Source of the DNA: an uncultured Actinomycetes bacterium
Lineage (GTDB): Bacteria > Actinomycetota > Thermoleophilia > UBA2241
Assembly (NCBI GenBank): GCA_963767005.1
Contig: CAVYCN010000012.1
Coordinates: forward strand, 109,089 to 173,088
Direction: 5' to 3'
DNA length: 64,000 nt
The translations under genes and the position numbers were made by a program. The notes beneath the pieces were generated by a model. That model did no database searches. It worked only from the letters and a program-made list of their open reading frames with translations, and was not told the DNA's origin. Numbering within the stretch: position 1 is the stretch's first letter; each line of letters opens with the position of its first letter. Below, one piece after another: positions 1-9,785 of the stretch.

Positions 1-312
1 GTTGGCGTTCATGTTGTGCGACGTGCCCGCGCCCGCCTGGAACGGGTCGACGCGGAACTGCTCGAGGTGCGCGCCGCCGAGCACCTCGTCGGCGGCGCGC
101 ACGATCGCCTCGGACCGGTCGGCCGACAGCAGACCGAGCTCGCGGTTCACGAGTGCCGCGGCCTTCTTGACCAGCACGATGGCCTCTACCAGCTCGGGGC
201 GCGGCGGCAGTCCCGAGATGGAGAAGTTCTCGATCGCGCGCTGCGTCTGGATGCCGTACAGCGCCTCGTCGGGCACGTCCCGGTCGCCCAGCGCGTCGTG
301 CTCGCGTCGCAT
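1..312 (-). CDS. aspA: Aspartate ammonia-lyase / class II fumarase family, 5' part (truncated by window edge)
   Basis: Manual minus-strand translation from ATG at 312 (SD AAAGGA): MRREHDALGDRDVPDEALYGIQTQRAIENF...VKKAAA...DPFQAGAGTSHNMNAN, the family signature. Not in the ORF track. Confidence 0.8.
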   Translation of the reverse strand, partial: MRREHDALGDRDVPDEALYGIQTQRAIENFSISGLPPRPELVEAIVLVKKAAALVNRELGLLSADRSEAIVRAADEVLGGAHLEQFRVDPFQAGAGTSHNMNAN

Positions 313-372
313 CGTTTGTCCTTTCGTCTGTCGGGCCGGGCGGGCGGCTATGCCGCCCGCCCGCGCGCCGGG

Positions 373-822
373 TCAGCCTCCCCAGATCTCCCCGGCGACC
401 GCCAGCACCTCGGCGGCGTGACCCGCGGCCGAGACGTTCTCGAACACCCTGCGGACGGTGCCGTCGGGCTCGAGCAGAAAGGTCGTGCGCCGGGCCGACG
501 GCTTGTCGGGCTTGTCGACCCCGAAGCCCAGGATCAGCGCGCGATCGGGGTCGCAGAGCAGCGGGAACCGCAGATCGTACTTCGTGGCGAAGCTCTGGTT
601 CGCGTCCGGCTTGTCGACGCTTGCCCCGATCACCTGCACGCCGAGGGCCGCGAACTCTCCGAGCAGGCCGTTGAACTCAACGGCTTCCGTCGTTCAGCCC
701 CCGGTGTTGGCCTTGGGAAAGAAGTAGAGGACGGTGCGGGCCCCCGGCGCTCCCAGGTCGAAGCTGCGTCCGTCGTGTGCTGTGCCGGTGACGGCCGGCG
801 CCCTGTCGCCCTCTCTGAGCAT
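373..822 (-). CDS. bcp: BCP/PrxQ peroxiredoxin, probable selenoprotein (Sec at in-frame TGA 694-696)
   Basis: ORFs 694..1104 and 373..639 are one frame: MLREGDRAP...LYFFPKANTGG*TTEAVEFNGLL...VIGASVD...FPLLCD...RRTTFLL. The TGA replaces the peroxidatic Cys of PxxxTxxC. Confidence 0.9.
667..696 (-). promoter_or_regulatory. Candidate bacterial SECIS element
   Basis: Minus strand reads TGA ACGACGGAA GCCGTTGA-GT-TCAACGGC: a perfect inverted repeat starting 9 nt after UGA, with GU at the apex. Confidence 0.7.
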
Positions 823-942
823 CGTGCCCTCCGATCGCGGCCGGCCCCCGCCCATGCGGGCGACCTGTCGCCACCTTCGTACCCAGGGCACAGCTGCGCC
901 TATCGTCGACGCCCGGCGTTGCCGCTGGCATAGACTCCGCGC

Positions 943-1146
943 ATGAGTATGCGCGTCCGCATCGACTACGACCGCTGCACCGGCGTCGCCGCCTGCGAGG
1001 CGGTCTGTCCCGAGGTGTTCGTCATCCGCGAGTCCGACGGCCTGGCCGACGTGCTCGAGCCGGAGCCGCACGCCACCCTGTGGGAGTGTGTGCGCCGCGC
1101 CCAAGAGGCGTGCCCCGAAGAGGCGATCCTCATCGAGGAAGACTAG
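943..1146 (+). CDS. Monocluster ferredoxin
   Basis: CTGVAACEAVCPEVF...CPEEAI; leaderless -10 TAGACT at 931-936. Confidence 0.9.
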   Translation: MSMRVRIDYDRCTGVAACEAVCPEVFVIRESDGLADVLEPEPHATLWECVRRAQEACPEEAILIEED

Positions 1147-1266
1147 GCGCGCGACGTAGTCACGCCTGCCTGAGCGGCGACGACGCAGTCGCTCGACGGC
1201 CTAGGCGCGCGACGTAGTCACGCCTGCCTGAGCGGCGACGACGCAGTCGCTCGACGGCCTAGGCGC
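1143..1266. repeat. 58-bp exact tandem duplication (2 copies + 8 bp)
   Basis: CTAGGCGCGCGACGTAGTCACGCC...GCTCGACGGC begins at 1143 and 1201; CTAGGCGC recurs at 1259. Confidence 0.95.
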
Positions 1267-1891
1267 TCTTGGGCAGGATCTCGACCGGCAGCCGGCAGAG
1301 CTCGGCCAGGCGCTGGGCATCGGCGATCGAGCCCACGATCGTGTCGTAGTGCATGGGCACGACGACCCGTGCGCTCAGCTTCTCGCAGGCGCCGGCTGCC
1401 TCGTCGGCGGTCATCACGTAGGTGCCGCTCACCGGGATCATGGCCACGTCGACGTCGATCTCGGCCATCTCGTCGATCGCGTCGGTGTCGCCGGAGTGGT
1501 AGTAGGTCGTGCCGTCGAGCTCGACCACGTAGCCGACCTTGCCGTCGCGCTTGGGATGGAACGGCACACCCGGCTCGCGGAACTTGTCGAGGTTGTAGGC
1601 CGGCACGGCGCGCACCGTGACGCCGGCGATCGTGACGGAGTCCCCGGGCGCCACCGTCCGGGTATCGCCCTCGACCTGGCGCGTGACCTCGGCGGGGCCC
1701 ACGAGCACCGTCGACGACTGCCACAGGCGCTCGACGTCACCCTTGTCGAAGTGGTCGAAGTGCTCGTGGGTGACGAGGATGAGATCGGCCGGAGGCGCCC
1801 CGGGAGCGATGTGCCAGGGGTCGATGTAGACAGTCTTCGAGCCGGTCAGGCGGAACGAGTCGTGCCCGAGCCAGGCGACGTGGTCGACCAT
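1259..1891 (-). CDS. MBL-fold metallo-hydrolase (UlaG/UPF0173-like)
   Basis: WLGHDSF, THEHFDH, HSGDT and PMHY motifs. Confidence 0.9.
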   Translation of the reverse strand: MVDHVAWLGHDSFRLTGSKTVYIDPWHIAPGAPPADLILVTHEHFDHFDKGDVERLWQSSTVLVGPAEVTRQVEGDTRTVAPGDSVTIAGVTVRAVPAYNLDKFREPGVPFHPKRDGKVGYVVELDGTTYYHSGDTDAIDEMAEIDVDVAMIPVSGTYVMTADEAAGACEKLSARVVVPMHYDTIVGSIADAQRLAELCRLPVEILPKSA

Positions 1892-2042
1892 CGTCGTGCC
1901 CTCCTTGTCGTTGAGCGGGCCACCGTGCCGGCCGCCGGCGCCGCCTGCCTGCGACGGTACGGGGGCGAAAACGGCGACGGGGCCGGCCGCCCGCGGGCGA
2001 CCGACCCCGTCGGCTCGATCGTCGATCGAACCCCTGGGCGCC

Positions 2043-2243
2043 TTACGACGCCGGCTTGACGTCGGTCGCCTGGGGGCCCTTGCGGCCTTCCGTGAGCTCG
2101 AACTCGACGCGCTGGTTCTCGTCGAGGCCCGTCGTGCCGGGCGCGAGGCCGGTCACGTGCACGAAGATGTCGCCGCCTTCGTCCTGTGTGATGAACCCGT
2201 AGCCCTTCTGCGTCGAAAACCACTTGACTGTACCTTGAGGCAC
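2043..2243 (-). CDS. cspA: Cold-shock protein
   Basis: GTVKWF...KGYGFI...DIFVH...GPQA; GTG start at 2243 after SD AGGAGG. Confidence 0.92.
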   Translation of the reverse strand: MPQGTVKWFSTQKGYGFITQDEGGDIFVHVTGLAPGTTGLDENQRVEFELTEGRKGPQATDVKPAS

Positions 2244-2544
2244 CTGTTCCTCCTGTTTCGTGGAGCGTGCCCGCATGCCGACGTGAGCGAGGGCCACGGT
2301 TGCGCTCGGCCGGGGTGGCGCACCTGTGCGTCCGGCCATTCCTATCTTGAGTGCGCCACCCGGTAGTGTACGCAGAGACTCAGCCGATTGAAACCCACCC
2401 GGCCCGTTGACGCCAGAGGGCCCCGAGAGGTGACGCCGCCACGCTCGCGGCGAGCTCCGGGAGCGGGTCCGACGCTCGCGCGGCACGCGCGACCGCCGCT
2501 CCCGCCCCCGCCATCGGACCCGCCTCTCGCGAGCCCCGGCGCGC

Positions 2545-3177
2545 TCAGCCGGCCAGTGCCGGCCGCGAGATCGCGAAGATGGCGATACGCGCGGTGAAAT
2601 TGGGCCGCCGCAGGGTACGGGCCGGGCGGTCGAAGCGGTCCAGATAGGCCTCGCGGATGATGTGCAGGCCCTCGCGGCGGCACAGGTCGCGGAAGTCGTT
2701 CACCGTGCACAGGTGGATGTTCGGCGTGTCATACCAGTGGTAGGGCAGCTCCTTGGAGACCGGCATGCGGCCCTGCGCGAAGAGCTGGCCGCGCACCGAC
2801 CAGTGGGCGAAGTTCGGGAAGCTCACGATGGCGGAGCGCCCGACCCGCGCCATCTCGCGCACGAGCATGCGCGGCCGGCGCAGCTGCTGCAGGCTGAAGC
2901 TCAGGATGACCACGTCGATCGAGCCGTCGAGGTAGTCGGCGAGGCCCTCGTCGAGGTCGCCGTGGAACACCGACAGGCCCCTGCCCACGCAGGCTTCGAC
3001 CGCGGCCGGGTCGATCTCGACGCCGCTGCCCCGCACGTGCTTGTCGCGCACGAGCGCGGCGAGCAGCTCGCCGTCGCCGCAGCCCAGGTCGAGCACGGTG
3101 GCGCCATCGGGCACCATCTCCTCGATCAGCCGGTAGTCGTAGCGGTCGAGGATCGTCGGCGCGCGCTCCGTCTCCAC
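2545..3177 (-). CDS. metW: Methionine biosynthesis protein MetW
   Basis: VLDLGCGDG, SFPNFAHW and WYDTPNIH motifs; follows metX. Confidence 0.92.
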   Translation of the reverse strand: METERAPTILDRYDYRLIEEMVPDGATVLDLGCGDGELLAALVRDKHVRGSGVEIDPAAVEACVGRGLSVFHGDLDEGLADYLDGSIDVVILSFSLQQLRRPRMLVREMARVGRSAIVSFPNFAHWSVRGQLFAQGRMPVSKELPYHWYDTPNIHLCTVNDFRDLCRREGLHIIREAYLDRFDRPARTLRRPNFTARIAIFAISRPALAG

Positions 3178-3181
3178 AGCT

Positions 3182-4420
3182 CTAGCCCTCCCCGTCCGCC
3201 GGCCACAACGAGGCGGCGCTGCTCGCCAGGAAGTTGGCGATCACGCCCTCCATCTTGAAGCGCTCGAGCAAGAACGAGTCGTGGCCGAAATCGGACTTCA
3301 CTTCGTAGTAGCTCACGTGCTTATGGGTGGCGCGCAGGGCGCTCACGATCTCCTTGAGCTGGTAGGGCGGGTGGAGGCCGTCGCTCGTGAACGACATGGC
3401 CAGGAAACGCGCCTGTGTGTGACGCAACGCTTCGGCGAGACTTGCCTTGCCGCGCGTCAGGTCGAAGTAGTCGATCGCGCGCGTGATGTAGAGGTAGCTG
3501 TTCGCGTCGAACCGGTCGGTGAAGGCCATGCCCTGGTAGTTCAGGTAGCTTTCGACCTCGAAGTCGGCCGAGAAGGTGAACGAGTAGTCGGGCAGCTCCT
3601 GCAGCCGGCGGCCGAACTTCTCGCGCATGGCGGCGTCGGAGAGATAGGTGACGTGACCGATCATGCGCGCCACCGACAGGCCGCGGCGCGGCAGGCGGTG
3701 GCCGTAGTAGTGGCCGCCACGCCAGTCGGGGTCGGCCATGATGGCCTGGCGACCGACCTCGTTGAAGGCGATAGCCTGGGGCGACTGCTGGGCGGCCGTG
3801 GCTACCGCGATCACCGCCTGGACGCGCTCGGGGTAGGCGACGGCGAGCTGCAGGGCCTGCATGCCGCCCATCGAGCCCCCGATCGCGGCGAGCAGCCTGG
3901 GGATGCCGAGCTCGTCGAGCAGCAGCATCTGCACGTCGACCATGTCGGCGATCGTGACGATCGGAAAGTCGGTGCCGTACGGCTCGCCGGTGGCCGGGTC
4001 GGTGCTGCCCGGTCCGGTCGTGCCGCCGCAGCCTCCGAGCACGTTTGCGCAGATCACGAAGTAGCGGTCGGTGTCGAGCGCCTTGCCGGGACCAACCAGC
4101 ATGTCCCACCAGCCCAGGCGCTCGTCGTCGGGCTTGTTGCGGCCGGCGACGTGGGCGTCGCCCGACAGCGCGTGCAGTACGAGGACGGCGTTGTCACGCC
4201 GCTCGGAGAGCGTGCCGTAAGTCTCGTAGGCGACCGTCACCGGCCCGAGGGTCTGACCGCCCTCAAGGACAAGGCGGTGCGGCGGCGCCGCGACCGTGAC
4301 GAAGCGCGTCTCGACGATGCCGGCGGCGCCGGCCTGCGGATCGGCGACGATCGGCACGTCGCCGATCTGCGACGCGCCGGCGCCGGTCGCGGTCGAGCTG
4401 TCGCTGCGGGGCTTGGCCAT
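3182..4420 (-). CDS. metX: Homoserine O-acetyltransferase
   Basis: HALSGDAH, GGSMGG, RFDANSY and GHDSFL motifs. Confidence 0.95.
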   Translation of the reverse strand: MAKPRSDSSTATGAGASQIGDVPIVADPQAGAAGIVETRFVTVAAPPHRLVLEGGQTLGPVTVAYETYGTLSERRDNAVLVLHALSGDAHVAGRNKPDDERLGWWDMLVGPGKALDTDRYFVICANVLGGCGGTTGPGSTDPATGEPYGTDFPIVTIADMVDVQMLLLDELGIPRLLAAIGGSMGGMQALQLAVAYPERVQAVIAVATAAQQSPQAIAFNEVGRQAIMADPDWRGGHYYGHRLPRRGLSVARMIGHVTYLSDAAMREKFGRRLQELPDYSFTFSADFEVESYLNYQGMAFTDRFDANSYLYITRAIDYFDLTRGKASLAEALRHTQARFLAMSFTSDGLHPPYQLKEIVSALRATHKHVSYYEVKSDFGHDSFLLERFKMEGVIANFLASSAASLWPADGEG

Positions 4421-4482
4421 GAACGGATTCTATGCGGTCGAGGCGGCGGGGCGCCAAGGGCGCCCCGCCGCCTCACGCCCGG

Positions 4483-5778
4483 TCAGGACCTGGCGAGGGC
4501 CTGGTCGATGTCGGCGATGATGTCGTCGAGCGACTCGATGCCCACCGACAGGCGCACGAAATCGTCGGTCACGCCGGTCTCGAGCAGCTCGGCGGGGCCG
4601 AGCTGCGAGTGGGTCGTGGTCGCCGGGTGGATGACGAGCGACTTGGCGTCGCCGATGTTGGCGAGGTGCGAGAAGAGCTCGGTGCTCTCGACGAAGTGCC
4701 GGCCGGACTCGCGGCCACCCTTGATGCCGAAGCCGACGATGGCGCCGTAAAGGTCGCGGTGGTGGAGCCGGCGGGCGACGTCGTGCGAGCCGTGCGACGG
4801 CAGGCCCGGATACGCCACCCACGTGACCTGCGGATGCGCCTCGAGGTGCCGAGCGACGGCCAGGGCGTTCGTGCTGTGACGCTCCATGCGCAGCGGCAGG
4901 GTCTCGAGCCCCTGCAGGAACAGGAATGCATTGAACGGCGACAGCGCGGCGCCGATGTCGCGCAGCAGGCTGACGCGCAGCTTGACGATGTAGGTGGCCG
5001 CCCCGAGCGCCTCGTAGAACCGAAAGCCGTGATAGCTCGCGTCGGGCTCGACCAAGCCCGGGAACTTGTCGTTCTGCGACCAGTCGAAGCGGCCGCCGTC
5101 GACGACCACGCCGCCGATCGACGTGCCGTGCCCGCCGATGAACTTGGTGGCGGAGTGGACCACGATGTCGGCGCCGTGGTCGAGCGGCCGGATCAGGTAC
5201 GGAGTCGGCATCGTGTTGTCGACCACGAGCGGGATGCCGGCTTCGTGGGCGATCGCCGCGACGGCGTCGATGTCGAGCGTGTCGAGCTTGGGGTTGCCGA
5301 CCGTCTCGGCGTAGAGCAGCTTGGTGGTCGGGCGGATCGCCCGCCGGAAGTTCTCGGGGTCGGCCGGGTCGACGAGCTCGACGTCGAGCCCGAACCGCGG
5401 CAGCGTGTGGACGAACAGGTTGTAGGTGCCGCCGTACAGGCTGTTCGCGCTGACCACGTGGTCGCCGGCGCCGGCGATGTTGAGGATGGCGAAGGTCACC
5501 GCCGCCGAGCCCGATGAGAAGGCGAGGGCGCCGACGCCGCCCTCGAGCGCGGCGATCCGCTGCTCGAAGACGTCGTTCGTCGGGTTCATGATGCGCGTGT
5601 AGATGTTGCCGAACTCGCGCAGCCCGAACAGGTCGGCGGCGTGGTCGGCGTCGTTGAACACGTACGACGTCGTCTGGTAGATCGGGACGGCGCGCGCGTT
5701 GGTCGTGGGGTCGGGCTTCTGACCGCCGTGCAGGGCGAGCGTCTCGAAGCCGGGGGTCGTCTGTTTCAGGTCGGTCAT
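4483..5778 (-). CDS. metY: O-acetylhomoserine sulfhydrylase
   Basis: [30 protein letters not shown] and [10 protein letters not shown] motifs. Confidence 0.95.
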   Translation of the reverse strand: MTDLKQTTPGFETLALHGGQKPDPTTNARAVPIYQTTSYVFNDADHAADLFGLREFGNIYTRIMNPTNDVFEQRIAALEGGVGALAFSSGSAAVTFAILNIAGAGDHVVSANSLYGGTYNLFVHTLPRFGLDVELVDPADPENFRRAIRPTTKLLYAETVGNPKLDTLDIDAVAAIAHEAGIPLVVDNTMPTPYLIRPLDHGADIVVHSATKFIGGHGTSIGGVVVDGGRFDWSQNDKFPGLVEPDASYHGFRFYEALGAATYIVKLRVSLLRDIGAALSPFNAFLFLQGLETLPLRMERHSTNALAVARHLEAHPQVTWVAYPGLPSHGSHDVARRLHHRDLYGAIVGFGIKGGRESGRHFVESTELFSHLANIGDAKSLVIHPATTTHSQLGPAELLETGVTDDFVRLSVGIESLDDIIADIDQALARS

Positions 5779-5805
5779 TGGTCGCTCCAGGAAGTTCGAG
5801 GGTGC

Positions 5806-6219
5806 TCAGATGGCGTAGGTCTGCGCCGACCGCGCGCGTTCCGCGGCCGCGCCGATCGTGGCGCCGGCCAGGACCCGGTCGACCGCCTGCCGCACGTCGC
5901 GCCACACGGGCTCGACGAGGGCGTCGGCCTGGCCGGCGCGGGGCATTCGCACCGCCTCGAAGGGCCCGTCGACGAGTTCCCGCACCTCTGCGAAGGTCAT
6001 AGCGTCGGGCGACCGGGCGAGCAGGTAGCCGCCGTTCTTGCCTCGCATGCTCGACACGAAGCCACCCTGGCGCAGGTCGTGCATGATCTGCTCGAGATAC
6101 TTGCCGGGGATGCCGCCGAAGGCCGCGATGTCGCGCGACTGGACCGGAGCGCCGCCGTACGAGAGCGCGAGGCGTACGAGCGCCTTGATCGCGTAGTGAC
6201 ACCTGGTCGAGATGTGCAC
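5806..6219 (-). CDS. Rrf2-family regulator (CymR-like, lacks the IscR Cys triad)
   Basis: YLEQI...SMRGKNGGYLL; heads the met operon. Confidence 0.88.
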   Translation of the reverse strand: MHISTRCHYAIKALVRLALSYGGAPVQSRDIAAFGGIPGKYLEQIMHDLRQGGFVSSMRGKNGGYLLARSPDAMTFAEVRELVDGPFEAVRMPRAGQADALVEPVWRDVRQAVDRVLAGATIGAAAERARSAQTYAI

Positions 6220-6341
6220 CGCTTTGTCCTTCTTTCCTAGAGAGTTTGCGCACTTTATCTCACGAGATCGGCTCGGTCAACCGCGTGCTCCGCGATGAGA
6301 TAATGCCGGCAAGGAGCCGGGCGCACCGCCCCGGAGACGCC

Positions 6342-7295
6342 GTGGACGACGACTACACAGACAAGCGACGACCCAGGGTCGCGGGGATCCTTGAGCGCGA
6401 GCTACCCGGCCTGCAGCGCGCCGTGCCGATCGCGCAGCACTGCGCCTACCGGGTGGGCGGCCCCGCCGAGTACCTCATCGTCGCCACACGCACAGAGGAC
6501 CTGCGCCACGCCGTGGTCGTCGGCCGTGAGCTCGGCCTCGCCGTCACCGTGCTCGGCCAGGCGACCAACGTGCTCGTGAGCGACCGTGGCGTCGCGGGCC
6601 TCGTCGTGCTCGCCCGCAACGACCGCACGCGGCTCGACGGCGAGCTGTTCACGGCCGGCGCCGGCGCCCTGCTGCCCGAGGTCGTCGGCGACCTCGCCCG
6701 GCGCGGCCTCGCCGGCCTCGAGTTCGCGGGCAACATCCCGGGGTCGGTCGGCGGCGCCGTCGTCGGAAACGCCGGCGCCTACGGGCGCGCCGTGGGCGAC
6801 GCTCTCGTGCGCGCCCGCGTGCTGGCCGCCGGCCGCGAGCATCTGGCGCAGCCGGCCGACCTCGCCCTCGGCTATCGCACGAGCGGACTCAAGGGCGATC
6901 ACGACGCGGTCGTGCTCGAGGCGACGTTCGCGCTGCGGACCGGCCAGGCCGACGCCCTGCTTGCCGAGATCGCCCGCGACGCGGAGCTGCGCCGCGGCAA
7001 GCATCCGCTCGACTACGCGTCGTGCGGCAGCTACTTCAAGAACCCGTCCCGCGAGGTGCCCGCGGCGAAGCTGATCGACGAGGCCGGCCTCAAGGGCATG
7101 CGCCTGGGCCGCGCCGAAGTGAGCCGCCAGCACGCCAACTTCATCGTCGCCCACGCCGGCGCCGGGGCCGAGGACATCAGGCGCGTGGCCGACGAGGTGC
7201 GGCGCCGCGTCTTCGAGCGCTCCGGCGTGCGTCTCGAGGAAGAGGTCGTCCTGCTCGGCTTCGACGAGCCGGCGCGTCCCGGCGTGGCCTCCTAG
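6342..7295 (+). CDS. murB: UDP-N-acetylenolpyruvoylglucosamine reductase
   Basis: VGGPA, IPGSVGGAVVGNAGAYG, GSYFKNP and HANFI motifs; start uncertain (6303 or 6342). Confidence 0.93.
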   Translation: MDDDYTDKRRPRVAGILERELPGLQRAVPIAQHCAYRVGGPAEYLIVATRTEDLRHAVVVGRELGLAVTVLGQATNVLVSDRGVAGLVVLARNDRTRLDGELFTAGAGALLPEVVGDLARRGLAGLEFAGNIPGSVGGAVVGNAGAYGRAVGDALVRARVLAAGREHLAQPADLALGYRTSGLKGDHDAVVLEATFALRTGQADALLAEIARDAELRRGKHPLDYASCGSYFKNPSREVPAAKLIDEAGLKGMRLGRAEVSRQHANFIVAHAGAGAEDIRRVADEVRRRVFERSGVRLEEEVVLLGFDEPARPGVAS

Positions 7296-7329
7296 CCGCA
7301 GCGCTATACTGGCGCCGTCGGGGCGCCGC

Positions 7330-7356
7330 GAACCTTCCGCGGCGGCCGTTGCGTCT
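7330..7356 (+). promoter_or_regulatory. Candidate ECF-sigma promoter (GAACCT-N16-CGTCT)
   Basis: Matches the common ECF AAC/CGTC pattern and lies directly upstream of the ECF gene. Confidence 0.55.
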
Positions 7357-7377
7357 CCCTGGACGAGGAGGACGAGG

Positions 7378-7983
7378 ATCGAAGCCCTTCCCCCGGGTCT
7401 GCTCGAGCGCCTACGGCGCGGCACGCCCGAGGCGCGCGCCGAGTTCTTTCGCCGGTACGCGCCGCGTGCCCGCGAGATCCTCTTCCTGCAGGGCATGTGC
7501 GACGACGTCGACGACGGCGTCCAGGAGGTGTTCGTCAAGGTGTTCCGCGCGACGCTGCCGGGCGAGGAGACCTTCCTGGGCTGGTTCTACCAGGTGATCG
7601 TCAACACGGGGCGCGACCTCGGTCGGCGGCGCGGCAGCCGCCTGCGGCTCCTGCGCCGCCTCACCGACACGGCGCCGTCCGACCTGGCCCCAGCCCCCGA
7701 GCCGCCGAGCGGCGACCGCCGGCTGCGCGAGGCCCTGCAGGGCCTCGCTCCCGAGTTTCGCGAGACCGTCGCCCTGCGCTTCCTGGCCGACCTCTCGCTC
7801 GACGAGATCGCCGCCTGCCAGGGCGTACCGACCGGCACCGTGAAATCGCGCCTGCATACCGCGCTCGCCCGCCTGCGGACGGCGCTGTCCGGCCCGGCGG
7901 CGACGCCTGGCCCCGACGTTCAACGGCAGGGGACTAGCCTCGCCGATTCGGGGGATATGGCGCTTGAGGTCCCCGATCCGTGA
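7378..7983 (+). CDS. ECF RNA polymerase sigma factor (probable ATC start)
   Basis: Region 2 (DGVQEVF, FLGWFYQVIVNTGRD) and region 4 (LSLDEIA...GTVKSRL). The frame is open upstream of ATG 7495, and SD GAGGAGG at 7365-7371 precedes an in-frame ATC at 7378. Confidence 0.88.
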   Translation: MEALPPGLLERLRRGTPEARAEFFRRYAPRAREILFLQGMCDDVDDGVQEVFVKVFRATLPGEETFLGWFYQVIVNTGRDLGRRRGSRLRLLRRLTDTAPSDLAPAPEPPSGDRRLREALQGLAPEFRETVALRFLADLSLDEIAACQGVPTGTVKSRLHTALARLRTALSGPAATPGPDVQRQGTSLADSGDMALEVPDP

Positions 7984-8774
7984 GCGATTTGCACGACAAC
8001 CAGCGCGCGGCTTTCGACGACGACCGTCTGCTCGACTTCGCCCTCGGCCTCGAGGACGATCCGGAGCTCGCGGCGGCGTTGTCGCAGTCGGCGCGCCTGC
8101 GCGAGCGCCTTGCCGACCTCAAGTCCGACCTCGCCGCGATCGACAGCGAGCTGCGGCGTTGCGTGCCGGCCGTCGACGACAGCTGGGCCGAGCCTGCCGG
8201 CGCGGGTTGGCCGCGCCTGCGCGCCGCCTTCGGGCTGCGGCCCGCCACGCGGCCGGCCGGCTGGCGCGGCCGCCGCCTCGTCACGGCCCTGGTGGCCGCC
8301 GCCCTCCTCGTGGCCGTGGTGATCGGCACCGTCGTCGTGCTGCCGCGCGGCGGCTCGAACACTACCTTCAGCGGCTCCGAGAAGAACGCCCCGGCGCCGG
8401 CCGTCCATGCGGCCGGCGCCGCGGCGGGAACCGCCCAGCCGGCGGTGATCGCGACGAAGGCCGCGGGCTACGCGGTGGTCGCCGTGGTGCGCGTCGGTCC
8501 GCTGCGCGGCGCGAGCCAGTCATACACCGTGGTGCGCCGCCTCAAGGGCCGGCCGCCGGCGGTCTTCACGCTCGTGCTCCAGGCCATCGACAACGCGCCC
8601 CAGGCCGGCTCCCTGGCGATCGCATACCTCGACCCCGTCGCCACGTTCGCGCCGAGCGCGGCGGGCTCCTCGTCGGCGACGACGCCGGCGCCGTTCACGC
8701 TCGCCGGCCGGGCGGCGCTCGTGAGCGCGCTGCCGGCCGGCGCCCCGGCCGCGTCGGTACGCCTGCCCCGCTAG
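7980..8774 (+). CDS. Putative transmembrane anti-sigma factor
   Basis: 4-bp overlap with the sigma gene; helical N-terminal domain, one TM segment (LVTALVAAALLVAVVIGTVVVL), then a C-terminal domain. Confidence 0.7.
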   Translation: MSDLHDNQRAAFDDDRLLDFALGLEDDPELAAALSQSARLRERLADLKSDLAAIDSELRRCVPAVDDSWAEPAGAGWPRLRAAFGLRPATRPAGWRGRRLVTALVAAALLVAVVIGTVVVLPRGGSNTTFSGSEKNAPAPAVHAAGAAAGTAQPAVIATKAAGYAVVAVVRVGPLRGASQSYTVVRRLKGRPPAVFTLVLQAIDNAPQAGSLAIAYLDPVATFAPSAAGSSSATTPAPFTLAGRAALVSALPAGAPAASVRLPR

Positions 8775-8894
8775 TCCGTCGAATGACTTCGTCGTCGGCC
8801 GCTCAGGCCGGCGTGACGTCGGCGCGCCCCCAGTGGGCGGGCCAGCCGCCCCGGGTCCTGGCGTTCGACGCGTCCCGCGGTGTATAAGACGCCC

Positions 8895-9665
8895 ATGCCG
8901 GACCTTCTGACGGGCAAGAACGTGCTGGTGATGGGCGTCGCCAACCAGCGCAGCATCGCGTGGGCGGTGGCCCGCGCCGTGCTCGCCCACGACGGCCGCC
9001 TGGCGCTCACCTACCAGTCCGAGCGCAACCGCCCGCGGCTCGAGCGGCTGCTCGCCACCGTCGGCGCCGACGTACCGCTGATCGCCTGCGACGTGACGAG
9101 CGACGGCGGCGTCGCCAAGGCGATGCGCGCCGTCGCCGAGCGCATGCCGGTGCTGCACGGGCTCGTGCACAGCGTCGCCTACGCACCGGCCGAAGACCTG
9201 CAGGGCAGCTTCGTCGAGACCACCCGCGACGGCTTCGCGGTGGCCAACGACGTGAGCTCGTACAGCCTGATAGCGGCGGCGCGCGAAGCGCGCCGCCTCA
9301 TGGCGCAGGGCGGCGCGATCGTGACCATGACCTACGCCGGCTCGCACCGGGTCGTCCCCAACTACAACGTGATGGGACCGGCCAAAGCGTCGCTCGAGGC
9401 CAGCGTCCGGTACCTGGCGGCCGACCTCGGGCCGGCCGAGATCCGCGTGAACGCCGTCTCGGCCGGCCCGATCCACACGGTCGCCGCGCGCAGCATCAAG
9501 GACTTCGCCGGCATGCTCGACCTGCTCCAGACCCACACGCCGCTGCGGCGCAACGTCACGGCCGACGAGGTGGCCGACGCGACCGTCTTTCTGCTCTCGG
9601 ACCTGTCGCGCGCGATCACCGGCGAGATCGTCCACGTCGACGCCGGCGCCCACGCGGTCACCTAG
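8895..9665 (+). CDS. fabI: Enoyl-ACP reductase
   Basis: GVANQRSIAW, YNVMGPAKASLE and NAVSAGPI motifs. Confidence 0.95.
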   Translation: MPDLLTGKNVLVMGVANQRSIAWAVARAVLAHDGRLALTYQSERNRPRLERLLATVGADVPLIACDVTSDGGVAKAMRAVAERMPVLHGLVHSVAYAPAEDLQGSFVETTRDGFAVANDVSSYSLIAAAREARRLMAQGGAIVTMTYAGSHRVVPNYNVMGPAKASLEASVRYLAADLGPAEIRVNAVSAGPIHTVAARSIKDFAGMLDLLQTHTPLRRNVTADEVADATVFLLSDLSRAITGEIVHVDAGAHAVT

Positions 9666-9785
9666 ACTCCCGCGGCGCGCGTTCCCCGCAGTCGACCACC
9701 CTGCCGCGAACGCCGAGTATTTGCATACTTGCTCGATTCGCGCTAATTTGCGACAGTATCGCTCACAACAAGCGAGGAGCCGGTC

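Noticed and set aside
373-822. Peroxiredoxin pseudogene
   Set aside because: The only lesion is a TGA exactly at the catalytic Cys, followed by a SECIS-like hairpin; Sec recoding explains it better.
6220-6300. SAM riboswitch or T-box ahead of the met operon
   Set aside because: The leader is short and lacks the conserved motifs; control by the Rrf2 protein is more likely.
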